47,114 nucleotides of DNA from Octopus bimaculoides (GCF_001194135.2 NC_068991.1:21785399-21832512); one strand, 5' to 3'. Shown: positions 1 through 11,669, counted from the stretch's first letter. Program-made: numbers and translations. Notes: generated by a model not told the origin, from the sequence alone.

Positions 1-337
1 ATTTGTATGGTTGGCTTTCGTCTAGTTCTTTTATTTCATTGGCTTTATCTAGTGTTATATTGCTACTTTAAACTAATTTTCCTCTTTTCAGGGTTGCATT
101 GGCACATTTTTCTAATCCGAATTTCATATCTATTTCCTTGGTAAAGCCATGTACTGTCTGTAGTAGTGTTTCTAGCTCTTTGTCATTTTTAGCATATCAT
201 TTTAGGTCATCCATATATAAAAGGTGGCTGACTGTTTTCCCGTAGCATTTGTAACCACATCCAGTTCTATTTAGCAATTCAGTTAAAGGTATGAGTGCCA
301 GGCAGAACAGGAGTGGAGAGAGCGTGTCTCCCTGGAA
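1..337 (-). mobile_element. R4/Dong-clade non-LTR retrotransposon, decayed RT fragment (continues off the window start)
   Basis: Manual minus-strand translation IFQGDTLSPLLFCLALIPLTELLNRTGCGYKCYGKTVSHLLYMDDLK*YAKNDKELETLLQTVHGFTKEIDMKFGLEKC contains the QGDxLSPLLF and HLLYMDDLK RT motifs typical of the R4/Dong clade; internal stops; 5'-truncated at the triplet tract at 338. Confidence 0.9.
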
Positions 338-353
338 TATTATTATTATTATT

Positions 354-404
<51 letters not shown>

Positions 405-416
405 ATTATTATTATT
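338..416. repeat. Compound (TAT)n-(TGT)n-(TAT)n microsatellite, tail/target between two Dong fragments
   Basis: Read directly. Confidence 0.95.
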
Positions 417-840
417 CGATGAAACCTCTCAGTTTATTTTGCTGGGTATGATGGAAAATGTCACCTATTCACAGCCAGCAGACTAAGGTGACACTTGTTT
501 ACTGACCATGCTTCAAGAACCCTGTGATGAATTCTTGCAGTTCCAAACAATGCTAATTTTTCTAGGTGTTCTACCTTCAAACGTTCACCACCCTTTTTCA
601 GCCATGTTGGCAGTTGAGTGCTGATACTTCCAAGTGCACCAATTACTAGTGGTATCACCTCTACTCTCCTCATTGACCACAACCTTCGTATTTCCTACTT
701 TAGATCATCATAGTTGTTTATTTTTTCTTCATCTTTCACATTGATCTTGTTGTCACCCGGGCATGCTATGTCAATTATCATACATGTTCTTTCTTTCACC
801 ACAACAATGTCCAGTTCCTATGTCTGGTCAAGTGATCGCA

Positions 841-841
<1 letters not shown>
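417..841 (-). mobile_element. R4/Dong-clade retrotransposon 3' end (RLE endonuclease C-terminus plus 3' UTR), 5'-truncated
   Basis: Minus translation with one frameshift and a stop: DIVVVKERTCMIIDIACPGDNK...NYDDLK*EIRRLWSMRRVEVIPLVIGALGSIS...EHLEKLALFGTARIHHRVL (partly ORF 461..682); (AAT)n on both sides. Confidence 0.9.

Positions 842-879
<38 letters not shown>
842..879. repeat. (ATT)n microsatellite at the Dong 5' junction
   Basis: Read directly. Confidence 0.95.
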
Positions 880-880
880 G

Positions 881-1284
881 ACAGTGAGCTGATAGAATTA
901 TTAGCAAGCCAGACAAAATGCTTCATAGAATTTCGTCCTCAATTCAAATGCTGCCAAAACTAACTTTGTCTTTTATCCTTTCAAAGTTAATGAAATAACC
1001 ACCAGTCGAGCACCAGGGTCTATGTAATCGACTAACCCCAACCCCCAAAATTTCTAGCTCTGTGCCAAAATTTGAAAACAAAGGTAGTGAGCTGGCAGAA
1101 TTGTTAGCACAGTGGGCAAAATGCTTAGTAGTATTTCATCTGTCCTTACATTCTGAGTTAAAATTCTGCTGAGGTTGAATTTCAGGATCAATAAAATAAG
1201 TACCATTTGAACACTGAGGTCAATGTAATTGACTAACCTCCTCCCACAAATGTCAGGCCTTGTTCTTATAGTAGGAAACATTAA

Positions 1285-1324
<40 letters not shown>

Positions 1325-2295
1325 GAGTTGATATAATTGTTAGAGCATCAGGAAAATGGTTTGCAGCATTTCTTCCAGCTTTTTATATTCTAAATTCAAA
1401 TGCCATTGAGGTCAACTTTGTCTTTTATTCTTTCAGGGCCAATAAAGTAAGTACCAGTTGAGCACTAGGGGGTCGATGTAATTGATTTGCCCCCCTCCCC
1501 TCAAATTGCTCAAAATTGCTGGCCTAGTGCCAAAATTAGAAATATTATTACTATTGAGCTGGTAGAATTGCTAGGGTGTCAGGAAAATGCTTTGCAGCAT
1601 TTCTTCCAGCTCTTTACGTTCTGAGTTCAAATTCCGCCAAGGTCACCTTTGTCATTCATCCTTTAGAGGTCAATAAAATAAAGCACCAGTCAAGTAAATT
1701 GACTAAACCTTTCTCCTAAAATTGCTGGGTTTGTACCAAAATTTGCAACAATTCTTATTAATGAAGGGGCAGTTGGCAGAATCATTAGAGCATCAGACAA
1801 AATGCTTTGCAATACTTGTTCTGGGTCTTTATGTTCTAAGTTCAAATTCCACCAAGGTTAACTTTGTTTTGCCTCCTTGCCAGGTTAATACAGTATCAGT
1901 CAAGTACTGGGGTGGGCTAGATTTAATTGGGTAACTCCAACTCCCTGCAAATTTCAGGCCTTGTGCCTATGCTAAAAATGATTCATGACAGAACCATAAG
2001 AGCAAAGTAGAAAATTCTTTGTAATATTCAATGTGGCTCTTTAGGCTTTGAGTTCAGACTTTGCCAAGGTCAGCATCACCTTTCATCTTTGAAGGATCAA
2101 TAGAATAAAGAACCAGTCAAATACTGGGCTCAAAATTGCTGGCTTTGTGCCTAAATTAGAAACAATTGTTATTGGGATGGTAAATTGGCAGGATCATTAG
2201 AATATTGGACAAAATGTCTTGCAGTGTTTAATTATGAGTCTTTACATTATGAGTACAAATTCTGTGGTCGTCGACTTAACCTTTTATCCATCTGA
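881..2295 (+). mobile_element. Head-to-tail chain of about 7 SINE-A copies (tRNA-derived, ATT tail)
   Basis: Copies start near 881, 1082, 1325, 1554, 1763, 1986 and 2176. Each has the GAGCTGGCAGAATT A-box head, TGAGTTCAAAT B-box, ATAAAATAAGTACCAG middle and CCTTGTGCC...ATTATT end; the last copy is truncated. Confidence 0.9.
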
Positions 2296-3110
2296 GAGAG
2301 GTGGGTGTCAGCTCTGTTCCAGATGTAAAAGCAACACTTTATTGTGGGCTTTGAACTTTACAGGTTGTCAGCAGGTGGGTTGCTGAAATATTTTCTGACC
2401 TTGAAGAGAAGTGCCAGCCTTTGAGGTGTGATCCTAGTTATGTTAAGGATGTACTTTTGCCAGGGAAGATCCTTGCTGATAAAGAGGCCTTACATTTAGA
2501 ACAACAGTGAGGGCTGTAGCTAAATACTGCTTGTATTTTATGAGTGGAGTCCAATGGTTCTTTGATGTGAATAGCATTTCAGTTTTTTCCTGTTAAAAGA
2601 TATAAAATTGGCATGGCCCCACTGCTAGATACTCTCAAGGTTTCTATTCTTGGAATTAATGCTGGTTTATTGTACAATGTCAAAATTGCATGTGAATGAT
2701 GCATTGTTGAGGAAGGTTAAGGAAAAATGAATAGTCACATCATCTGGAAAAAAAGTGGATAGTGTTAAATGTGGCAGCAAGCAGGTCATTGATGCATAGA
2801 ATGAAGAAACGCTGTAACACACTGTTGTTGACTGAGAGTCGGTAGAAAAAGTTCTGCTAACACATGTGATCTGATAGGAAGATACTGATCAAAGAAATGA
2901 GAGATAGTCTGTAGGGAGGAGTTTCAAAAGGAATTTGCATACTAGGAACAATCAAAAACTTTGCTGATCTCTTGAGCAATAACATTGCTTTCCCCATAAT
3001 TTTCGAAGATGAGTGCCTGCTGGTGATGTCATAAGAGAATAGGTCTCAAATGAATCCAACTTTGTGGAAGTCATATTGGTGATCATTGAGGATAGACAGA
3101 AAGATTGAAG
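2285..3110 (-). mobile_element. CR1/Jockey-group LINE, decayed RT and thumb region
   Basis: Minus translations LNDHQYDF, FFILCINDLLAATFNTIHFFPDDVTI, QWGHANFISFNRKKTE and KDLPWQKYILNITRITPQRLALLFKVRKYF match QYGF, INDL..FADD, WxxxNxxxFNxxKT and DLSWxxHI motifs; many stops and frameshifts. Confidence 0.8.
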
Positions 3111-3139
3111 GTGAAATAATATATAAGTATATTTATGTA

Positions 3140-3243
3140 TTGCAATGGGCCGGCGTCCTGTCCAGGTGGGGAACCTATATGCCAATGAAACCAGGAAACT
3201 GGCCCTTATGAGCCAGGCTTGGCTCGAGAAGGAACAAACAACA
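3140..3243 (+). mobile_element. SINE-like 3' fragment of an unassigned family
   Basis: GCAATGGGCCGGCGTCCTGTCCAGG resembles the GCGATGGACTGGCGxCCTGTCCAGG segment of aquatic-animal SINEs; ends in an AACAAACAAC tail. Confidence 0.4.
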
Positions 3244-3908
3244 TGTTTATGTATAAAAGTGGAATTAAATTTTAAATAGCCCCAATATTAACTGATGTAT
3301 ATTAACAGAGATAACTGTAAAAAAAGCAAAAACAATGTACCCTTAACAAGTCATGGGATGAAACAGTAGACATCAGGGAAATTAGTGAGGATCTAAGTCA
3401 GCAAAACTCTAAGTGCTGAACATTTGCAAAGTAGAATAAATTATTTTGCCACAAAAAAAATAATTTATTCCTCCTTGAAAACTTTTTGCACTTAATAAAC
3501 CTTAGCATGGCCATAATCCAATGACCAAAACTAGTTTCAGAATGACTAATAAACTATTAATGTGGATAGATGGCTGCATCATTGATCTGGTCCATTGTGA
3601 CAGTTTGTGGGTGTAATTGTGACCATTGTAGAAACTAATTAATCAATATGTATTTATCTTGTGTAAATGTAAATAAACATCCAATTCCTTCATATTTATC
3701 GAACATTTCTGTTTTCTTGGAAAAGACAGAGTTTCTTCAAGCTGTTCCATTTGCAGGATTTGGAGCCAGTACTGCAAGGCTATGAAATACTCATGAATTA
3801 TTTAGTACATCTCCTTTCAGTTTCTAGTTATGTGTGACTGAGTCTATTTACAGCTAGACAGACCGGACCATTTATAGAAAAAGTTTTATGTACACAGACA
3901 CAGTGTAG

Positions 3909-4260
3909 TCATCATCATCAGTCTGCTTTCCATGCTGGCATGGGTTGGACAGTTTGGTAGGAACTGACAAGCCTGGGGATAGAATCAAGCTCTACTGTCG
4001 ATTTTGTCATGGTTTCTGTGGTTGGATGTCCTTCCTAATGCCAACCACTTTACAATGTTTATTGGGTGTATTTTACATGGCATCAACACTAGCAAGGTCA
4101 CCAAGTAATTTGCAAGACAAAAACACCCTCAACTGAGAGAGGGAGTAGTGTTGAGGGACGTGGCTTTATGTCAGGTGATGAATGGTTTAGCAATGATAGA
4201 ACAGAAACAGGTGTCTTGCTGTTCAGGAGATACATGGCTACCTCAGTCATAGAGGGTGTG
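3909..4260 (-). mobile_element. RTE LINE 3' fragment with (GAT)n tail
   Basis: Plus strand reads (CAT)n..CTTTCCATGCTGGCATGGGTTGGAC..GGATGTCCTTCCTAATGCCAACCAC, the same 3' UTR that is joined to RTE ORF2 at 24975-25400. Confidence 0.85.
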
Positions 4261-4267
4261 AGTGCTC

Positions 4268-4352
4268 AATGATCCAAAGCATTCCAACCACGACCATCCC
4301 ACCTTACTTTCAAGCATTGAATATCTTAAGAATATATTATCCAGTGTATTCA
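4268..4352 (+). repeat. Dispersed repeat family X copy (unclassified)
   Basis: GATC(C)AAAGCATTCCA..GACCATCC motif shared with copies at 19240, 29145, 40550 and 41600. Confidence 0.55.
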
Positions 4353-4429
4353 ACCTCTAACCCATAGATGCATCATTTACTGACTCTGATCATCTATCCT
4401 TACTTCAGTAGCCTCCACCCCTCAGACTT

Positions 4430-4650
4430 AACTAGTTGCATACCATTTCCATCCAAGACCTTCCATCAAACCCAGCCCTTTTCCTCCCATCACCATCATC
4501 CATTTTGTGTGTTTCTTTCTAGGCCCTGTACTAATCAATCATTTTCCCAATCCTTCTACCCTAAAAATTCGACCAATTGGAATTCCCTTCTAGAAAATCA
4601 GCCACATGACTCTTATCAATTTGGGAGGGTCCTGCAAAGGTCATAGGCAC
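4430..4650 (+). mobile_element. CR1/Jockey-group LINE ORF2 C-terminal remnant
   Basis: ORF 4368..4646 contains HPFCVFLSRPCTNQSFSQSFYPKNSTNWNSLLENQPHDSY, resembling the SFFPRTxxLWNSLP end of CR1-type ORF2. Confidence 0.6.
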
Positions 4651-5074
4651 AACACCTTCTCACTGAACCCCTTCACGCTGAGCCCTTTCTTATTAAATCC
4701 CTTCTCCTAGAAATTGTAAAATTAAAAACCTGAGGCTGCTATTTTCAGTAAACTGAATGACCACACTGAAGGCCCCCTTTCTTGACTCAAGATCCCTTGT
4801 TGGATCAACATTGTTATAAAATTAAGGGCAAAAACATTCAAATAGTTAAGCCTGAATAGAAAGACATAAAGTTGAAATGGGAACAGTGACTGAAATATTG
4901 CAGAGTGAAGCTGATTCATAAAATAATCTTTGCAAGAAAAACTGGAAGGAAAAAATTTTGATTATGTGGTAGTGATCAGTAATTTTGGTTAATATATGAT
5001 TCTCTATGTCCTGACTCTTGCATATAATCAGCACTCACTAATATCTTTTCCATGTGTGTGTCTGCTCACAATGT

Positions 5075-5141
5075 GTGTGTGTGTGTGTGTCCGTGTCCAC
5101 ATGCAGAGAGAGAGAGAAAAAGCACACACATACATACACAG

Positions 5142-5184
<43 letters not shown>

Positions 5185-5230
5185 ACAGAGAGAGAGAGAG
5201 AGATGTATATGTGTGTATGATTATATATAT
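5075..5230. repeat. Compound (TG)n/(GA)n/(TA)n microsatellite
   Basis: Read directly. Confidence 0.95.
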
Positions 5231-5231
5231 A

Positions 5232-5610
5232 AGGTGTGGATGTGTGGTAAGAAGCTTGCTTCCCAACCACATGGTTCCAGGTTCAGTGCCACTACAAGGC
5301 CCTTGGGCAAGTGTCTTCTACTATACCCTCAGGCTGACCAAAGCCTTGTGAGTGGATGGAAACTGAAAGAAGCCTGTTGTATATATATATATAAATGTGT
5401 GTGTTAGTCCCCCACCACCACTTGACAACTGGTGTTGGTGTGCTTATGTCCATGTAACTTATCAGTTTGGCAAAAGAGACTGATAAAATTGGTACCAGGC
5501 TTTAAAAAAAAATACTGGTGTTGGTTCATTCAACTAAAAATTCTCCAGGGTGGTGCTCTAGCATGGCCGCAGTCTAATGACTGAAACAAGTAAAAGATAA
5601 AAATAAAAGT
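5232..5610 (+). mobile_element. SINE-B (tRNA-derived, CORE-like), full length
   Basis: TGTGTGGTAAG A-box, GGTTCAGT B-box, CCTTGGGCAAGTG CORE-like block, internal (TA/TG)n and the 3' end CAGCATGGCCGCAGTC.AATGACTGAAACAAGTAAAAG. Confidence 0.9.
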
Positions 5611-6139
5611 ATGTATGTATGTGTGTGTACTCACATAGCCATACATATATTTTTACAAAAATATATATGTAGGAGTGTATACGTAAACATAGACACCTAT
5701 CTGTACATGCAGTTAAATACATGTTTCATATGTGTTGGTATGTATCTGTTTGTCTGTCTGTCTGCCTGGCTGGCTGGCTGGGTCTCTCTCACTCTCTCTC
5801 TCTCTCTGTCTTTCTCCATAGAAGTATATATATGCACACTCTCACATGCTTTGCCATGGCGTTACTGCCACTAAACATTACCGATCGCTTCAGAAACTGC
5901 AATGATAGAACAATGCAGATTGCGGCAATAATTCTAATTTCATTGAAAAGGCCGTTTCTTCCCTTTTGTAAATCTGAATGGCGGTGATAAAGTTAGTTTA
6001 TTCGACTGAGGGTGTCAGGGTGGGAAGGTGCTGGACACCGGCTGTAATTGAATAGCAGTTCCCAATGTAGAACTACCATTTAATATCTGATACTGCTTAT
6101 TGAATAGTAGTATTGAGTCATGGGCGGGTGCCTTCTCTA

Positions 6140-6451
6140 CCCTGATGTTGTGTCTGTGTGAAGAAAGAGAATGAGAGAAGATGAAATGAAAGAGAGGGAG
6201 AGAAAGAGAGAGAGGGAGTGAAAGAGGTGCAGACTGACAGATAGACAGAGATACAGATAGACAGAGATACAGACAGACAGAATGAATGAGAGAGCAAAAG
6301 TGAGAGATAAGCAGAGTAGAGAGAAAGTGAGCGTATGTATGTGCAGAACGGACGGTGGACAAAAGTAAGGAAGAAAACTAAGGGAGGGGGAGAGAGATGA
6401 TCAGAGAGAATGAGAGAGCAAAAACTAGAGAGAAGGAGAGTAGGGAGAGAG

Positions 6452-6529
<78 letters not shown>

Positions 6530-6660
6530 ACAGACAGACAGACAAACGGAGAGAGACAAAGACGAAGAGGCAGAGACAGAGAGTGAGAGAAAAAGAGACA
6601 GAGAGAGAGTGAGAGAAAGAGAGATGGAGAGAGACAGACAGAGAGGGAGATGGTGGGGAG
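6140..6660. repeat. GA-rich low-complexity tract with perfect (GA)n at about 6454-6526
   Basis: Read directly; explains ORFs 6118..6888 and 6397..6612. Confidence 0.95.
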
Positions 6661-6996
6661 AAGGTGAGGTGTTAGTGTGTTAGAGGAGAGATGAAGAAAT
6701 AGAACTGATGTGAGCAGAGCGGAGAAGTGTGTCCATGTCTTTGTGTTGGGGTGGAACTGTCTGCAAGGGAAGACTGAAATACTTTTATATGCAAGCAAGA
6801 GGATGTTTGAAGTTAGTAGAAGATAAGTTGTAGTTTGGGGTTTTATGGTTTGGAGCAAAAAAAGAAGCTGGTAAAAAAAAAAATACAACTGTATTGCTCA
6901 AGTTAAGACAAATTGATTTTGGAAATTACTAAAGTCAAACTTGTATCATAACCAGTAATTTGCCAGAGAAAAAGATGATGATAATGGTGTTCTTAA

Positions 6997-7611
6997 CCCT
7001 TTAGCATTCATATCACACTGTCAAACATAATGCTTATTTATTTATATTTATCATCATCATCATTTAATGTCTGGTATCCATGCTGACATGAGTTGAACAG
7101 TTTGTCTAGAGCTGGCAAGCTGAAGGGCTACACCAGGCTTCTGTCTGATTTGGCATGGTTTCTACAGCTGGATGCCCTTCCAAGTGCCAACCACTTTACA
7201 GGGTGTGCTGGATGCATTACAGGGTGTGATGGGTGGCACTACATGAGTGCTCTTATGTGGAACGGACATGAGTGCTTTTTATGTGGCACCAGCACAGGAT
7301 TCATGCAGGCCAATCCTCTTCTCTAGGGAGAGCAGCCTTAACACTTCTGCTGTGGAGTACGGGTCTTCTTGAGTGTAGCAAGGCGGCACCAGGCATCTCA
7401 GTCCTTTGTCGTCCTTCAGTACTTCATCCCATGGTCATCATATTGTTTGAATTAATTATACATTATCTTTAGGCTTTGATATTTAAATGATGTGGTTGTT
7501 TATTTTTAGAATGACATTGTAGGGGATACATGAGAGGCCTGATCTGGTCAGTTTGAACATAAAACCAGTAGAATATTTCGACCAGAGATAGCCAGTTTGG
7601 ATACTAAAGGG
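6997..7611. mobile_element. TTAA-flanked MITE (piggyBac-type), interrupted by an RTE insertion
   Basis: TTAA at 6993-6996, left end CCCTTTAGCATT, right end ATACTAAAGGG followed by TTCA; internal sequence matches the copies at 8871 and 22263. Confidence 0.8.
7049..7440 (-). mobile_element. RTE LINE 3' fragment nested in the MITE
   Basis: (CAT)n tail, GGATGCCCTTCC motif and ORF2-end remnant PWDEVLKDD on the minus strand. Confidence 0.85.
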
Positions 7612-7664
7612 TTCATGTCGTTTGCTGCTGTTAGTGATGTTGCAGTTGCTGTTGTTGTTGCTGT

Positions 7665-8680
7665 ATACAAATATTTTTTTCAATATTGTATTTATCACAA
7701 ACAATACATCTGCACCATCATTGAATTCAATATTTGTGTCTTTGAAAATATTCAGGCGTGCACTGTTACATCTACCAGTTTTACCTCATCTATGTCATTA
7801 AATTGTCTCAAAGAATGTCCCCTTCATTGGACTGAACAGGTGGAAGTTGAAGGGCACCAGATTTGGATTGTATGATGAATGAGGGTCTACAGACAAACCC
7901 AGCTTATCAATTGTTTGATTTGTGGCCAAAAACGTGCATGTTCTTACATTGTCATGTAATGTTAATTGTTTTAAGATTCTTGTTCAGTCTCTTCCTTCTT
8001 ATGGGTTCTTTAAATTTTTGTAAGTGTCTCTGTGTGCTGCTTGTTGTTCATGGTCCATCTATGTTCCAGAAAATTAAAAAGATGATGATATCCTTGTCAT
8101 CCAAAAATTCAGTCACCATGACTTTCTGTACTGATCACTGGCTCTTGAATGCCTTAGGTTTTGGAGAATAGGTGTGGTGCCATTTCATCGACTTTCTGAA
8201 TCATAAAGAAGTGACCACATATCATCCTCTGCAGAAAGAAAAAAAGCATCACTGGCTTCAAACAATTCCAGAAGACCAGAGTAAGCTTCTACCCTTCTCT
8301 CCTTCAAATTGGGTGTCAACTGCTATGGTAACCCTCTTTGCATATACTTATTAATACCCTAAAATCTCCATCCATAATGAATTGAGACCACAGTTCAGTT
8401 GTGCAACAGATCATTTCATCTGCTCATTGGCCCTTTTGTGTTGGTGGTCACAGTTGATGGTCTCCTATTGTACATTTTACCTTCAGTGATGGTTTTCCCT
8501 TTTTTTTAAAACTTCTTCACCCATCTGTGCACATTGCTCTTACCAATGATATTATCATTGTAAACAACCTATAGTTTTTTATGGATGCTGGACAGCTTAC
8601 ACCACACCTTTTAATTCCCCTATGACAATTAATTAAAATATTAGGCCTACATTTACATTACTTTTGATACAACCCTTGTA
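7665..8680 (-). mobile_element. Mariner (Tc1/mariner, DD34D) transposon, decayed transposase
   Basis: Minus translation LHDNVRTCTFLATNQTIDKLGLSVDPHSSYNPNLVPFNFHLFSPMKG (HDN..YSPDLAPSD motif, 34-residue spacing, third D now N), QKVMVTEFLDDKDIII, and N-terminal HTH IHKKL*VVYNDNIIGKSNVHRWVKKF; probable 5' TIR TA-CAAGGGTTGTATCAAAAGTAATG at 8657-8680; other TIR not found. Confidence 0.88.
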
Positions 8681-8870
8681 TCTCTCAACCTCCTTAGGTT
8701 TAGTCTTATCAAGGGTTTGAACCAACTAAATCAGGCTACTGTAAAACTCACCAATTATATTGTCTACTCCCCAACTCATTATACATATTTTAGTTTACAG
8801 AAGGGCTAATATTGCTAAAATTGTGTTTCTTTTTAAACCATGTTTTTACACCAGATGTCCAAAATGTTAA

Positions 8871-9096
8871 CCATTTAGCATTTAAACTGGCCTTATCAGT
8901 CTCAAATATTCTACCTGATTTGTATTCAAACTGACCAGATTTGTGCCTTAACACCTAGCCAACAATGTCATTCTAAAAATAAAACCTGCAACGTCATTCT
9001 AAAAATAAACAATCACATTACTGATTAACTTAAAACAATGGGAATAAATAAATAAATAAATATTACATTTGACAGAGTAATCTGAATGCTAAAAGG
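8871..9096. mobile_element. TTAA-flanked MITE (piggyBac-type), complete
   Basis: TTAA at 8867-8870 and 9097-9100; ends CCATTTAGCATT and AATGCTAAAAGG are inverted repeats. Confidence 0.85.
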
Positions 9097-9924
9097 TTAA
9101 CTAAGTTGCCTGGTATTGCTACTGTTTACAGCAAAATATACATTCCAGCTCCAGCAGCACTTATTTGCAAATAAATGAACCAGTAATATCTAAATGCCAT
9201 GAACATATTGCATTGTTGGTATGTCAAATCACAGACAGAATTCTATAAAGTGTATACACCTTAAACAAGAGTACAGGTGTTTTCAGCTATACTGAAGATG
9301 ATAAACATTCTTGGACTGCAACTTCATAGGTTTTTCATGTACAATGTTTTTTTTTGTTTTTGGATCATAACAGTAGCAATAATTAAGGACATTTATCAGA
9401 TTAGAGATAACTTTACATCTGAGTAGGACATCAGATGCTAAAGATACCTGTTGCCATCATCTACATCCACTGAAACAAAGTAGAATTGAATGAACTGCTC
9501 TTTGTTTACTTTCACTTTCGGACATAGACTGCTTTATTGAATGTGAAAAAAAAACCCGTTACCTGAAAGTGACTAGCATCCACCCTACCCATGGGAAGAA
9601 TTTACCTCACTAATCTTGAATGCCATCAAAGCAGAGCTAAACACCAATTCTCATGAGCAACATGTGAGTCAGGCTGTTAGAAACATTCACATTTTTTTTA
9701 CAAATTAAGAATGTACATGTTACATGTTATAGATCTATGAAAAATGTCTTTCACTCCTCACATACCACATTTTACTGCCACCATCTCTAACTCTAAATTT
9801 ACTGTCAGGCTCCAATAAATGTTAGATATTTTCTCTTCTCATGGCATTCTAATATATCATGCAGTTTGTTTTATCTATCTTTGACTCTTGGTGATGTAGA
9901 TCAACACTAATTTTAACCTCTAGT

Positions 9925-10270
<346 letters not shown>

Positions 10271-10828
10271 TACATAGATTTGCTATTATTCTGTTGATGA
10301 AAGTGTGTGTGGATATGTGGCTGTTTGTGTGCTCATATGCATGTGTATGAATGTAGTGGAGGCATATGTGTGTGTATGTGTAAAATTATGTAATCCTTTT
10401 TACTACACTTGTGTATAATTCTCCCATCTAATCAGTTTTACAGGCTACAGGTCTTTCTGTTCTGGCTTAGTCTTATAAAAAGAAAAATGTTTACATTATA
10501 TAAACACCAAACATTGACCTTTCACTATACATACACATGCACATACATACATACATATATACATAATCACATACATGTATACATATATATACACATGCAC
10601 ATGAACATAATACACACACATATCAATAGCTGTAGATATACATATAATATATAGATGATATAAAATACATACACACATGCACACACCCACATATACAAAT
10701 ACGCGCACACACACATATTTGATCTTACTTAGTTTACTGGATCTATTGCGGCTATTTTCTGGTTGATGTTGAGCCAACATTTTCCTCTTCGTGTTGCCTT
10801 CCTCTAACTATAATTTCTAAAGATGCAA

Positions 10829-10829
10829 G

Positions 10830-10888
<59 letters not shown>
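10829..10888. repeat. (ATT)n microsatellite
   Basis: Read directly. Confidence 0.95.
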
Positions 10889-11066
10889 CCCTCGTTCTTG
10901 CTGCCTGGCACTATTTTTCTTTCTCTCTATAACTAGAATTCCATCTTGTAGCTTGGTTTACATTACATCCTTTTGACGTTTGGGCCGTAGAATTTTTCCA
11001 TTTCTAACAATTATTCAGTAAATATCTTGCATGTGCACCCCCCCCCCCCACATATATATACATACA

Positions 11067-11097
<31 letters not shown>

Positions 11098-11146
11098 GTG
11101 TATGTGTGAATGTGGTGTGCTTATATATATATATATATATATATAA

Positions 11147-11440
11147 TCACCATCATCATCATTTAACATCCGTTTTCTATGCTGGCACAGGCTGGATGGC
11201 TTGACTGGAACTGGTGAGGCCAGAAGCCACTCTAAGTTCCATTGTTTGTTTTGGTTTGGTTTCTATGGCTGGATTCCCTTCCTAATGCCAACCGCTCCAC
11301 AGAGTGTACTGGGTGTTTTTTTTACATGGCACCATCACTGGTGCTTTTTAAGTGGCACCAGCACCAGTGCTTTTTACGTGACACCTTGGTTTTTAGGATA
11401 TCAATTCTGTTGTGGTGGGTGGGTCTAAGTCTTCTCCAGT
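11147..11440 (-). mobile_element. RTE LINE 3' fragment flanked by (TA)n
   Basis: (CAT)n-TTTAACATCCG..GGATTCCCTTCCTAATGCCAACC; (TA)n at 11122-11146 and 11442-11454. Confidence 0.85.
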
Positions 11441-11453
11441 ACATATATATATA

Positions 11454-11669
11454 TCATCATCGTCATCATTTAATGTTCGCTTTCCATGCTAGCATGGGTT
11501 GGACGATTTGACTGAGGACTGGCAAGCCAGAAGGCTGCACCAGGCTCCAATATGATCTGGCAGAGTTTCTACAGCTGGATGCCCTTTCTAACGCCAACCA
11601 CTCTGAGACTGTAGTGGGTGCTTTTATGTGTCACCGGCACAAGGGCCAGTCACACGGTACTGGCAACGG

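Noticed and set aside
3757-3840. Possible exon after TTTGCAG encoding DLEPVLQGYEILMNYL
   Set aside because: No convincing donor and no homology.
6118-6888. 256-aa Leu/Ser-rich ORF and similar HT, CV, YI and RE repeat ORFs
   Set aside because: Translations of (GA)n, (CA)n and (TA)n tracts; no domain content.
10740-11035. Sequence flanking the (ATT)n at 10829-10888 as another Dong insertion
   Set aside because: No R4/Dong protein motif or 3' UTR stem-loop found in either flank.
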